A DNA stretch of 64,000 nt from a virus (IMGVR_UViG_3300036820_000017:1491-65490), one strand, 5' to 3'. Numbered from the stretch's first letter, positions 26,132-35,122 are shown. Numbers and translations are program-made. Notes: a model not told the origin generated them from the letters alone.

Positions 26132-27030
26132 ACGTGCTGATCACCGGCCACCGCGGGTTCATCGGCCGGCACCTCCACGCCGCGCTCGCCGCCCAGCATC
26201 ATCACGTCGTCGGCCTTGACCTCGTTGACGGCCGCGACTGCCGCGACGAGTTCCGGTACGGCCGCACCCCATACGACCTCGTGTTCCACTGCGCCGCGAC
26301 CGTCGGCGGCCGCGAAGGGATCGACTACAACGCGGCGCTGCTCGGCGCCAGCAACCTCCAACTCGACGGCGGCCTGTTCGACTGGGCGCTGCGCACCCGC
26401 CCCAGCCGAATCGTGTACTTCAGCAGCGCAGCGTCCTACCCGGTCAGCCTGCAAAACGGCACGTACGCCAGCACCGGCTACCGGCTGCACGAGCGCGACA
26501 TCGACCTGCGCAACCGGATCGGGATGCCCGACAACACGTACGGGTGGGCGAAAGTCACCGGCGAGATCCTCGCCGAGCACGTCCGCAAAGCCGGCGTCCC
26601 GGTCACCGTCGTCCGACCGTTCTCCAGCTACGACTGGGATCAGGATCCGGCGTATCCGTGGCATCAGTTCGCACTCCGCGCGCACCGCCAGGACGATCCG
26701 TTCATCGTGTGGGGCGACGGAACACAGGTCCGCGACTTCATCCACATCGACGACATCGTCGGTGCCGTCCTCACGCTCGTCGACAAGCGTATCGACGGGC
26801 CCGTGAACCTCGGGACCGGAGTTGGAATGAGCATGGACGATCTCGCCCGACTGTTCATGGCCGCAGCTGGCTACCAAGCGCCAATCCGGCACCTGGAGGA
26901 TAAGCCGATGGGCGTTATGCATCGGGTTTGCGACAACACGCTGCTGCGCCGCTACTACCAGCCGAAATTCAGCGTCGAAGAGGGCATCCGCCGGTCGCTC
27001 GCAGCGTTGGCTCAGCCGCCTGTCGTGTAG
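26128..27030 (+). CDS. NAD-dependent nucleotide-sugar epimerase/dehydratase
   Basis: ITGHRGFIG, SSAA, YGWAK, GDGTQVRDFIHIDD. Confidence 0.92.
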   Translation: MNVLITGHRGFIGRHLHAALAAQHHHVVGLDLVDGRDCRDEFRYGRTPYDLVFHCAATVGGREGIDYNAALLGASNLQLDGGLFDWALRTRPSRIVYFSSAASYPVSLQNGTYASTGYRLHERDIDLRNRIGMPDNTYGWAKVTGEILAEHVRKAGVPVTVVRPFSSYDWDQDPAYPWHQFALRAHRQDDPFIVWGDGTQVRDFIHIDDIVGAVLTLVDKRIDGPVNLGTGVGMSMDDLARLFMAAAGYQAPIRHLEDKPMGVMHRVCDNTLLRRYYQPKFSVEEGIRRSLAALAQPPVV

Positions 27031-27098
27031 CTAAAATGCGTGGACCGGGCGGCGCGTGAACGCCCCCGGTCCCGGCCAAACCTAGCGAGAGGTTCGAC

Positions 27099-27839
27099 AT
27101 GGCGCAGGATATCTGCTCGGTCGTTGAGAACGACCAGCGGTGCAGCACCGTTGTGTACGCGCGCGAGATGTGCGAGAGGCACTACGCCCGCTGGAGGAGG
27201 CACGGCGATCCGCTCCTCGGATCGCGCAAGCCCAGCACGCGGACGTGTTCAGTTGTCGAGCGCCAGACGAGATGTCACGCGCCGCACTACGCACGGGGTA
27301 TGTGCGAGAAGCACTACAAGCGCTGGAAGACCGCGGGCGACCCGCTTATCGTCAAGTGCCCGAAGGGCGTCCCTGTGGCGGATCGCTTCTGGGCCAAGGT
27401 TGACAAGGACGGTCCCGTGCCGGTCCATCGTCCGGATCTGGGCCCGTGTTGGGTTTGGACGGCGGGACGATTCGACTCCGGTTACGGCGCGTTTGGCATC
27501 GGCGGTGGAAAGCTGCTCAGGGCCCACCGCTATGCCTATGAGCAGGTCGTCGGTCCGATCCCCGCGGGACTCGTACTCGATCACCTCTGCCGCAATCACC
27601 CTTGCGTCAATCCTGCGCATCTTGAGCCGGTCACAGACCAGGAGAACCTCCTGCGGGGAACGGGCGCACCAGCTCGCAATGCCCGCAAGACGCACTGCAA
27701 GCACGGCCACGAGTTCACGCCGGAGAACACGCATCTCGACAAGGACGGGTACCGAGCATGTCGCGCTTGCTGGGCTATAAGGGCAGTGGCGAAGCGTGAG
27801 CGCGCGGTTCGACCCCCCGATCTTCCTCAATTGTCGTGA
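27099..27839 (+). CDS. HNH homing endonuclease
   Basis: AHRYAYE...LDHLCRN..CVNPAHLEPVT; C-terminal THCKHGH. Confidence 0.9.
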   Translation: MAQDICSVVENDQRCSTVVYAREMCERHYARWRRHGDPLLGSRKPSTRTCSVVERQTRCHAPHYARGMCEKHYKRWKTAGDPLIVKCPKGVPVADRFWAKVDKDGPVPVHRPDLGPCWVWTAGRFDSGYGAFGIGGGKLLRAHRYAYEQVVGPIPAGLVLDHLCRNHPCVNPAHLEPVTDQENLLRGTGAPARNARKTHCKHGHEFTPENTHLDKDGYRACRACWAIRAVAKRERAVRPPDLPQLS

Positions 27840-28473
27840 CCGACTAAGCCCGCTGCGGGCGCTCGTCGACTGGCTCGAACGCGCCGGCCACCAACGCATC
27901 GTCCTCGTCGACAACGCCAGCACATACGAGCCGCTGCTCGCGTACCTCGCCGACACCGCGCATGACGTCATCCGTCTCGCTCACAATGCGGGCGCCCGCA
28001 GCATCTGGGAGTTCGGCATGGTCCCCCAAAACGACTGGTTCGCGTACTCCGACCCTGACATCGTCCCGACCGACGAGTGCCCACTCGACGCCGTCCAGTA
28101 TCTCCACGGCCTCCTGGACCGCCACGCCGAGTACACGAAAGCCGGTCTTGGGCTGTACCTCGACGACGTTCCCCCGAGCATGCCGTCGCTGGGATGGGAG
28201 CGCGGCCCGGAGATCAACGGGTCCGCGATCGAACCGGGTGCGCGCCGGTCGCTGATCGACACCACCTTCGCGTTGCATCGCCCCGGCACCCAGTTCCTGC
28301 TCGAGGCGATCCGAACCACCAGCCCGTATCTCGCGCGGCATGTCAGCCCGTCGTGGTATTGCCTCGACGCCCCGAACGTCGAGGATGCGTACTACCTCGC
28401 GCACGCGAAGTCGGGCCCGCGGTTCTCCAGCTGGAAAGGCCCCGACCCCGAAGACGAAGCCGAGGCCGCGTGA
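27796..28473 (+). CDS. GT2-like glycosyltransferase
   Basis: VLVDNAS, SDPDIV, IDTTFALHR. Confidence 0.8.
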   Translation: MSARFDPPIFLNCRDRLSPLRALVDWLERAGHQRIVLVDNASTYEPLLAYLADTAHDVIRLAHNAGARSIWEFGMVPQNDWFAYSDPDIVPTDECPLDAVQYLHGLLDRHAEYTKAGLGLYLDDVPPSMPSLGWERGPEINGSAIEPGARRSLIDTTFALHRPGTQFLLEAIRTTSPYLARHVSPSWYCLDAPNVEDAYYLAHAKSGPRFSSWKGPDPEDEAEAA

Positions 28474-29111
28474 CCGTCGCTCACTGGTTTCACTGCTACG
28501 CCGCCGGGGAGTGGGAAGAGCCCGTCGCCGAGCACATGAGCGCCCTCGACGCCTCCGGGTTCGACGGACCGTTCCACGTCGGGATCGTCGGCACAGAGGA
28601 ACAGCGCACCGAAGCGCTCTACCAGCTGATGACCCTCCGCCCGATCGACAGCATCCACGCCGCCGACACCGGCTGGGAGCAAGTCACCCTCCGCCCCCTC
28701 CGCCGGTACGCACTCAAGCACGACGACGCGATCCTGTACGCGCACACCAAAGGCGCGCACGACCCCTCCACGATCAACATCGCGTGGCGGCGCAGCATGT
28801 CGTGGCACTTGGTGCGCGGGTGGCAGGCTGCCGCCGAGGCGCTCGACCACGGGTATGACGCCGTCGGCTGCCACTGGCTGACCCACGAGCAGTTCGGCCA
28901 TCCCGACGGGGTGCCGTTGCCGTGCTTCGGCGGGAACTATTGGATGGCGACCGCCGCCTATTTGCGGCGCCTGCCGTGCTGTCCGGTCACATCGCGGCAT
29001 GACGCCGAGGGATGGGTCGGCGGTGCTGACCCGCGGGTGCTGGATCTGATGCCGGGCTGGCCGGGGAACTTCGGGCCGGTCAAGTACGGCCGGCTGTTCG
29101 CTGGCCGATAG
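28470..29111 (+). CDS. putative glycosyltransferase-like protein
   Basis: LYAHTKG...WR..M...FGGNYW; in glycan cassette. Confidence 0.6.
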   Translation: MTVAHWFHCYAAGEWEEPVAEHMSALDASGFDGPFHVGIVGTEEQRTEALYQLMTLRPIDSIHAADTGWEQVTLRPLRRYALKHDDAILYAHTKGAHDPSTINIAWRRSMSWHLVRGWQAAAEALDHGYDAVGCHWLTHEQFGHPDGVPLPCFGGNYWMATAAYLRRLPCCPVTSRHDAEGWVGGADPRVLDLMPGWPGNFGPVKYGRLFAGR

Positions 29112-29180
29112 CGCAGGCCGGACTCGAACCGACGTCTCGGGCTTATGAGGCCCGTGTGCTGGCCGCTGCACCACCGCGCA
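29109..29180 (-). tRNA. tRNA with CAU anticodon (Met, fMet or Ile2)
   Basis: cloverleaf TGCGCGG-TG-GTGC-AGCGGCCA-GCAC-A-CGGGC-CTCATAA-GCCCG-AGAC-GTCGG-TTCGAGT-CCGGC-CTGCGCT-A; no encoded CCA. Confidence 0.88.
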
Positions 29181-29215
29181 GCGACGAAGTTTCGCACCTC
29201 AAGGAGACACACCTC

Positions 29216-30049
29216 ATGCCAGAGCAGCACAACCTGCGGAGCCTCGACGTCGAGTTCGTCAGCTTCGTCAACCGGGCCGCCGTGCGCGACCCCCAGAACC
29301 CCACCGAGCCCCAACGATTCCTTGTGTGGAAATCGGAGCGCGGCAGCGGTGACGACCCCACCCCCGATCCCAATGGAGGGACGATGACCGAAGCAGAGAT
29401 GGTCGCCGCCGTCGAGAAGGCGGAGCAGGAGCGCGACGACGCCAACACCAAGCTCGCGAAGGCCGAAACCGACCACGCCGCACTCGCCGAGAAGGTCGAC
29501 GCGCTCGAGAAGGCCGCGAAGTCCGACGACGAGCCGGCCGAGGTCAACAAGGCCGACCTGTCGCCCGAGGTCCGCGCGCTCGTCGAGAAGGCCGAGAAGG
29601 CAGAGCAGGCCGCCGCTGAGCGGATCGCCAAGGCCGAGAAGGACGCGCAGGAAGCCTCAGACATCGCCAAGGCCGAGCGTGACCAGCGGATCACCCGCGA
29701 GTTCGTCGCGAAGGCCGAAGAGTTCCGTTCGCTGTCCGTCGAGCCCGCCAAGTTCGGTCCCATCCTGAAGTCCGTCAGCGAGAAGCTGACCAAGGAAGAG
29801 GTCGACGAGCTCGATCGCGTCCTGAAGGCCGCGGACGAGCAGCTGCGTCAGAGCGGCATCTTCAAGGAAGCCGGCGTCAGCGGCGACCCGCGGACCGGCG
29901 GCACCAGCGAGGAGCAGGTCTCCGAGCTTCAGCGCAAGGCCGAGGAGATCCGCAAGACCGACCCGTCCGTGTCGCAGTGGCAGGCGATGGAGCAGGCGCG
30001 CCTCGCTGACCGCCAGGCGCAGGACGCCTACCTCGCCAGCGTCCGCTGA
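29216..30049 (+). CDS. scaffolding protein with N-terminal XkdF-type protease strand
   Basis: LRSLDVEFVSFVNRAA...FLVWKSE then KA-rich coiled coil; SD AAGGAG. Confidence 0.8.
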   Translation: MPEQHNLRSLDVEFVSFVNRAAVRDPQNPTEPQRFLVWKSERGSGDDPTPDPNGGTMTEAEMVAAVEKAEQERDDANTKLAKAETDHAALAEKVDALEKAAKSDDEPAEVNKADLSPEVRALVEKAEKAEQAAAERIAKAEKDAQEASDIAKAERDQRITREFVAKAEEFRSLSVEPAKFGPILKSVSEKLTKEEVDELDRVLKAADEQLRQSGIFKEAGVSGDPRTGGTSEEQVSELQRKAEEIRKTDPSVSQWQAMEQARLADRQAQDAYLASVR

Positions 30050-30087
30050 CCAAACGACCCACCAGGAAAGGAAGGTGAGCTGACCAG

Positions 30088-30519
30088 ATGAGCCAGCTTC
30101 CCGCTGTTTCACTAGTCCCCGCACACGGCCGGTGGGCGTTTCCTGCCGGTGCCACGAGCCTCGCGCAGTTCCAGTTCGTGGAGATCAACTCGTCCGGCGA
30201 ACTGATCACGCCTGCCTCTGCGGGGATCTTCGCTGTCGTGCTCGACGACGCGCCGCAGCTTTCCGGCGCGACGCTCGGAACCGGCGGCGAGTACTCCGGC
30301 GGCTACACCGTCGGCGTGCCCTACGGCGTCGTGTTCCAAGGCGTCCAGAAGGTCATCACGGGCGCGAACCTCACGCCCGGCACCGCGGTCAAGACCGACA
30401 CGAGCGGCCACGCGGTCGCTGCCAGCTCGGCCGGTGACGTGATCCTCGGCTGGACGCTGTTCGCGTCCAACTCCGGCGACCTCGCGCCGATCCTGCTGGA
30501 CCGTTCGCTGCACAACTAG
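30088..30519 (+). CDS. capsid cement/decoration protein
   Basis: between scaffold and MCP; G/A-rich beta protein. Confidence 0.7.
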   Translation: MSQLPAVSLVPAHGRWAFPAGATSLAQFQFVEINSSGELITPASAGIFAVVLDDAPQLSGATLGTGGEYSGGYTVGVPYGVVFQGVQKVITGANLTPGTAVKTDTSGHAVAASSAGDVILGWTLFASNSGDLAPILLDRSLHN

Positions 30520-30663
30520 CCGTCGCAGCACCTCCGGCGCACGCCAACCGCGTGCGTCGTCTCTGAGCGCAGTCCCTTTCTGGACACGGCTCGTCCGACC
30601 TGAATCAGCCGCTACCCGCCCGGTCGACGGAGCCGCGTAGCACCAGAAAGGATGTGATGGCTT

Positions 30664-31698
30664 ACGCCTCAGCCCAGTGCTAACCAGCTACACGTCGACA
30701 CGTATCTGACGGATGTCGCCGTTGCGTGGTCGCAGTCGGAGATGAGCTTCATCGCCGACAAGGTCTTCCCGACCGTGCCGGTGCTCAAAGAATCGGACCT
30801 GGTCGCGATCTACGACCGGGAGTTTTTCTTCCGATTCGGGACTATGCAGGCCCGCGGTCTCGGCGCACGGCCCGCCGCGACCGGGTACGAGATCAAGCAG
30901 GCCCGCTACCAGATCACCGAGTGGGCCGAGGAGCACCTGATCGACGATCGGGTGCGCCAGAACGCCGACCAGCCGCTTGACCCGGATCTCGCCGGGATGC
31001 GGCTGCTGACCACCCACGCGCTGATTCACCGCGACACGCTCTGGACCCAGCAGTTCTTCAACACCGGGATCTGGGGCACCGACTGGACTGGCGTCGCATC
31101 CGGCCCGACCGGCAACCAGTTCACGCAGTGGGACCAGTCGAACTCCGACCCGATCCAGTTCGTCCGCAACCGCATCAACGATGTCGGCGGGAAGACCGGC
31201 TACCGGCCGAACGTTGGGGTCATGGGCCCCACCGCGTTTGAGGCCGCCCTAAATCACCCGGATATTGTTGACAGGCTGAAATACACCCAGGGTCCCGCCG
31301 GATATCCCGGCTCGGGAGCGGACGCTGCGAAGAACGTGCTCGCGGCACTGTTCGGCCTGGATCGCATCGAGGTGCCTTACTCGGTGTCGAACACGGCACA
31401 CGAGGGGCAGGCGGAGAGCACGGCGTACATCGTCACCCCGACGTCGATGCTGCTCGCCTATGCGGCTGCGGCACCGTCGATCACCGAGCCGTCCGCTGGC
31501 TACACGTTCGCGTATACCGGCCTGTTGCCGGGTGTGACGAACGCGTTCGGTGGCGTGATCGAGCGTGGCCGCGAGGAGCTGGCGCACAGCGATGTGCTGC
31601 AGATCCGTGCCGCGTACGACATGTTGCAGGTCGCGACCGAGCTGGGTGAGTTCTTCCAGACGGTCGTGTCGTCGTCCTATGGCGAGGCGACGTTCTAG
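30664..31698 (+). CDS. major capsid protein (apparent ACG start)
   Basis: PQPS...HVD.YLT.VAVA...FIADKVFP.VPV.K.S N-terminus; YRPN; PSAGYTF; first in-frame ATG (30742) lies inside the conserved region. Confidence 0.88.
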   Translation, partial: TPQPSANQLHVDTYLTDVAVAWSQSEMSFIADKVFPTVPVLKESDLVAIYDREFFFRFGTMQARGLGARPAATGYEIKQARYQITEWAEEHLIDDRVRQNADQPLDPDLAGMRLLTTHALIHRDTLWTQQFFNTGIWGTDWTGVASGPTGNQFTQWDQSNSDPIQFVRNRINDVGGKTGYRPNVGVMGPTAFEAALNHPDIVDRLKYTQGPAGYPGSGADAAKNVLAALFGLDRIEVPYSVSNTAHEGQAESTAYIVTPTSMLLAYAAAAPSITEPSAGYTFAYTGLLPGVTNAFGGVIERGREELAHSDVLQIRAAYDMLQVATELGEFFQTVVSSSYGEATF

Positions 31699-31720
31699 GC
31701 ACACAGCGTAGGAGTGAAGT

Positions 31721-31754
31721 CGTTGGGCGAAACCCTCCGGGGTTTCGCCCAACG
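31721..31754. terminator. perfect 15-bp hairpin after the capsid gene
   Basis: CGTTGGGCGAAACCC-TCCG-GGGTTTCGCCCAACG; no U-tract. Confidence 0.6.
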
Positions 31755-31786
31755 CGTGTCCGCTTGAGTCTCAATAAGCGCGGGAG

Positions 31787-32284
31787 GTGAGCGCACTGAC
31801 TTGGTCATATGCCGGTGATCCGTCCGCGAGCGATGTTGCCGCGGTCCGGTTCGAGATCCAGGACACCAACGTGGCCGCCCAACTCCTCCAGGACGGCGAG
31901 ATCAGCTACGCGATCGTGCAGGAGACCGGGCTGACGCCGTCTGACGACAGCGTCACGCAGGGCACCGCGCAGCTGTACTCCAGCGCCGCGAGGTGCTGCG
32001 AGGTGCTGGCCCGCAACTTCGCGATGCAGGCCGACACCGAGGTCGGGCAGATGAAGGTCACGTACAGCCGCACAGCGCAGAACTACGCGGCGCAGGCGAC
32101 CGCGCTGCGCACCCGAGCGGCTGGCTACAACGCGCCGTACTCGGGCGGCCAGTCGATCGGCGAGAAGGAAGGCTGGCGGCAGGACACCGATCTGCCCCGC
32201 CCGAAGTTCACGCGCGATCAGTTCGATTCACCTTATGTCGTCCGTGGGGACGACAACGGCGCGTTGCCGCCGATGCCGAACTGA
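31787..32284 (+). CDS. head-tail connector/adaptor
   Basis: WSYAGDP...AVRFEIQDT...LLQDGEI; position. Confidence 0.75.
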   Translation: MSALTWSYAGDPSASDVAAVRFEIQDTNVAAQLLQDGEISYAIVQETGLTPSDDSVTQGTAQLYSSAARCCEVLARNFAMQADTEVGQMKVTYSRTAQNYAAQATALRTRAAGYNAPYSGGQSIGEKEGWRQDTDLPRPKFTRDQFDSPYVVRGDDNGALPPMPN

Positions 32285-32436
32285 CGAATGATGCGACGGC
32301 TCGCGGTCGCGCTCTTCGCGGTGCAGTTCACGTCGCTCGCGTGGCCGCTGCTTGGCATCGCCCGGCTCTGGCATGACCGGCACACGCTCCCTGCGCAACG
32401 CCACGCCGTGCACGCCGCGCTGACCCAGGAGACAAC

Positions 32437-32826
32437 GTGACCAGCATCCTGGACTACACGCTCGCGAAATCGATGACCCAGCAGGCTGTGATCATCCGCA
32501 GCATCAGCGGCGAAGACGACTACGGCGCGCAACGCACGCCCGTCTGGCAGGCGCACGTCACCGTCCCATGCGCATTCTGGTGGGACAAGGCGACCGGCAC
32601 CCGCTCAGCGAACCGCCGGTACGTCAACGTGTCCCGCGACGTGCCCGTGTCCGCCGGCGGGATGGTCATCCCGTCCGGGACCGACGTCACCGAGCAGGAT
32701 CAGATCAAGCGGATCCTGAACCTTGACGACAGCGTGTGGGTGGAGGGGATCTTCACGATCGTGGCGGTCCTTGACGAGTTCACGCACATGGAGCTCGACA
32801 TCGAACGCACCGCGCTGGGAGGCTGA
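32437..32826 (+). CDS. head closure (stopper) protein
   Basis: D.YG, TDVTEQDQI, THME; position. Confidence 0.65.
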   Translation: MTSILDYTLAKSMTQQAVIIRSISGEDDYGAQRTPVWQAHVTVPCAFWWDKATGTRSANRRYVNVSRDVPVSAGGMVIPSGTDVTEQDQIKRILNLDDSVWVEGIFTIVAVLDEFTHMELDIERTALGG

Positions 32827-32828
32827 CG

Positions 32829-33305
32829 ATGGCCCGGATCGTGTGGAACGGCGGCGCCATCAAAGCGCGCGTCAGCGACGCGGCGGCGCTCGGGATCGAC
32901 AAGACGATGAGCGACTGTGTCGCGGACGCCCGCGGCGGCCACGAGGCGTACCCGCCCGCATCAGAGCCAGGGGAGCGGTACGCCAACCGCACCAACTTCG
33001 CGGTCGCCGCGACCGACATCATGGAGCCCGCCTCCCCCGTCGGCGACGGGCATGTGAAAGGCCGGTGGGGGTCACGGGATGAGACCGCCCTGTTCGTCGA
33101 GATCGGCACCAGCCGCAAGGACTCAGGGTTCCCGCGCGCGCAGGCGCGCGAGGCCGCAGCCGACGGCGACATGAACGCCATTCCGCCGCCGTCTGACCCG
33201 GCGCTGATGGAGCCGCGTCCCACCTTGCGTCCCGCCGCGGACGCGCACTACCCCGGCCTGTCGGGCTACATCGGCGCTGCGTACCGCGGAGAGAGTCTCG
33301 AATAG
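32829..33305 (+). CDS. HK97 gp10-like tail completion protein
   Basis: ALFVEIGTS...MEPRPTLRPA. Confidence 0.7.
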   Translation: MARIVWNGGAIKARVSDAAALGIDKTMSDCVADARGGHEAYPPASEPGERYANRTNFAVAATDIMEPASPVGDGHVKGRWGSRDETALFVEIGTSRKDSGFPRAQAREAAADGDMNAIPPPSDPALMEPRPTLRPAADAHYPGLSGYIGAAYRGESLE

Positions 33306-33316
33306 GAGGACCGCCC

Positions 33317-33733
33317 ATGGCGCGCACCGACGTGATGCGCTGGTCAGACTGGCGCCGCGACGCAGCCACCCCGTTGCGGCCCGTTCGTGACTGCGCCTGC
33401 GGATCGGTCTTTATCCCCTTCGTCCCGCACCAAGACCGATGCGTCGTCTGCGCCCATGGAACCGCGCTCGCCGAAAAGATCGCACTCCGAGAGCCCGACC
33501 AGCGAGAAGCGGACGCGGTCACGAGACGACTGGACCGATACCGCCGCGCGGCCGGCAACCGGGAGGCCGAGCACATGGAAGTTTGGTGCGAGCACCTGAA
33601 GCACGAACTCCGGGTGGCGCGCCAGCAGCATCGTCCCGCTACCGAGCGCAACCACATCCGAGTCGCCCTGCGCAAACTTCGCGCGGCGCAAGAGCGACTG
33701 CTTGACATTCCCGACCGCGGAGAGAAGCTGTGA
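33317..33733 (+). CDS. inserted hypothetical protein (Cys motif, basic)
   Basis: SD AGGAGG; CACG...RCVVC. Confidence 0.6.
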   Translation: MARTDVMRWSDWRRDAATPLRPVRDCACGSVFIPFVPHQDRCVVCAHGTALAEKIALREPDQREADAVTRRLDRYRRAAGNREAEHMEVWCEHLKHELRVARQQHRPATERNHIRVALRKLRAAQERLLDIPDRGEKL

Positions 33734-34182
33734 CCACCATCACGACCGCCGACCCGCTCCGCGCCGTCGCCGCCTACCTCAAGGCCAGTCCCGTCGCGCC
33801 GATGCTCGAACCCGGCCCGCACGGCGCCTCCGTGTACCGGCCGACACTCCCCGAAACCATCCAGGACGACATGCCGTTCGCGTGCATCGTCGTCCGTCCC
33901 GCCGGCGGCTACACCCTGTTCGGCACCGGCCTACTCCCCGTCGCGGACCCCCGCATCGACTTCACGTGCTACGCCGGCACCCCCCAAGAGTCCTACGAGA
34001 TCGCGGTCGCGACCGCCCGCACGCTGAAGCAACTACAGATGAGCGTGTGGGAGAACACCAAGCTGTACTGGGCTCGCGTCGCAGGCGGACCGATCCCGCT
34101 GCCCGACACCGACACTCTGTGGCCGGCGACGTGGCTGTCGGCGCAGGTGATGTACGCCGAGATCGCGACCGCTGGAAACTAG
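33730..34182 (+). CDS. tail terminator
   Basis: position before the tail tube; typical size. Confidence 0.65.
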   Translation: MTTITTADPLRAVAAYLKASPVAPMLEPGPHGASVYRPTLPETIQDDMPFACIVVRPAGGYTLFGTGLLPVADPRIDFTCYAGTPQESYEIAVATARTLKQLQMSVWENTKLYWARVAGGPIPLPDTDTLWPATWLSAQVMYAEIATAGN

Positions 34183-34190
34183 GAGGCCTG

Positions 34191-34520
34191 ATGTCGATCC
34201 TCGCCACCCAGACCGTCACGCAGGCCGGGCTGATTCCCGCGATGACTTCGTGCTCAAGCTCAGGCGACCAGTTTCAGCCGGCGTCGACCACGATCCTGCT
34301 GTTCGTCAACGACGGCGGGACCGCGGAGGACGTGACCGTCGCCGTGACCGCGACCGCGTACGGGCAGCCGGTCTCCGATGTGGAGGTCGTCGTCCCTGCG
34401 GGCGGCCAGGCGGTCTGTGGCCCGTATGACCCGGGTGAGGTCGCCGCGGCCCAGACGGGACTCGCGTCGATCAGCTACAGCAACGCGACGCCGCTAACCG
34501 TCGCGGTCCTCAGCATCTGA
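34191..34520 (+). CDS. small structural protein
   Basis: SD AGGAGG; beta-rich. Confidence 0.6.
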   Translation: MSILATQTVTQAGLIPAMTSCSSSGDQFQPASTTILLFVNDGGTAEDVTVAVTATAYGQPVSDVEVVVPAGGQAVCGPYDPGEVAAAQTGLASISYSNATPLTVAVLSI

Positions 34521-34769
34521 CGTCGCCACGGCGGCCTCGGCGCGCGCCTGCTCCGATTGCAGCCTGCCGGTCTGGACGTGGACGCCACCATCCCTGGCCG
34601 CGTAGGCCAACTGTATCTCGACGCCGCCGCAGTTCTGGGCATACATCAGGAGGTCCCGGAGCATCGAATGCAGCCAGCGCGGGTCATCGGCATAGCCAGC
34701 CTTCTCCGCGCGAGCTAGTCGCGCCTGCGCCTCGATCAGCGCCACCGGCTCGAACTTCGTCCAGGTCAT
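34494..34769 (-). CDS. moron hypothetical protein
   Basis: SD AAAGGAG before ATG 34769. Confidence 0.6.
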   Translation of the reverse strand: MTWTKFEPVALIEAQARLARAEKAGYADDPRWLHSMLRDLLMYAQNCGGVEIQLAYAARDGGVHVQTGRLQSEQARAEAAVATSDAEDRDG

Positions 34770-34785
34770 CGCTTCTCCTTTGACC

Positions 34786-34992
34786 TCAGTCTTGCACTGA
34801 CCCGGGATCCTCCGGGAGCGCATCCGGGACGGCTGGATGCATCAGGATCCACGGGCCGTCCGGGTCGCACATCTCCGCAGTCGTAGCGGGATCCGGCGTC
34901 CCTAACGGCGCGCCGAACACAGTCGCTTCCTGCCAGCCATCGCCAACGTCGCGTCCCAACGCGAACTTGACTCGCTGACCGAACCGCAGCAT
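34786..34992 (-). CDS. moron hypothetical protein (leaderless)
   Basis: TAGGCT-6 nt-ATG on the minus strand. Confidence 0.5.
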   Translation of the reverse strand: MLRFGQRVKFALGRDVGDGWQEATVFGAPLGTPDPATTAEMCDPDGPWILMHPAVPDALPEDPGSVQD

Positions 34993-35122
34993 CCGGGCAG
35001 CCTACCGCGCCCACCACCCGTCTTTCTCGCGGCCACTTCGGGGCCGCCTCACAAAGCACCGCCCGCGGCCCATCAGGGCGAGGGGCAAGCCACCACACCT
35101 GAACCAAGGAGGCAAGCCCCTC

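Noticed and set aside
30627-30635. Pairing of the tRNA-like RNA 5' end with the capsid leader (ACGGAGCCG)
   Set aside because: Only 8-9 GC-rich nt, expected by chance, and locked in the acceptor stem
30652-30657. Stop-codon reassignment (TGA read-through) to explain the capsid start
   Set aside because: TGA is used as a normal stop throughout the genome and no suppressor tRNA is present
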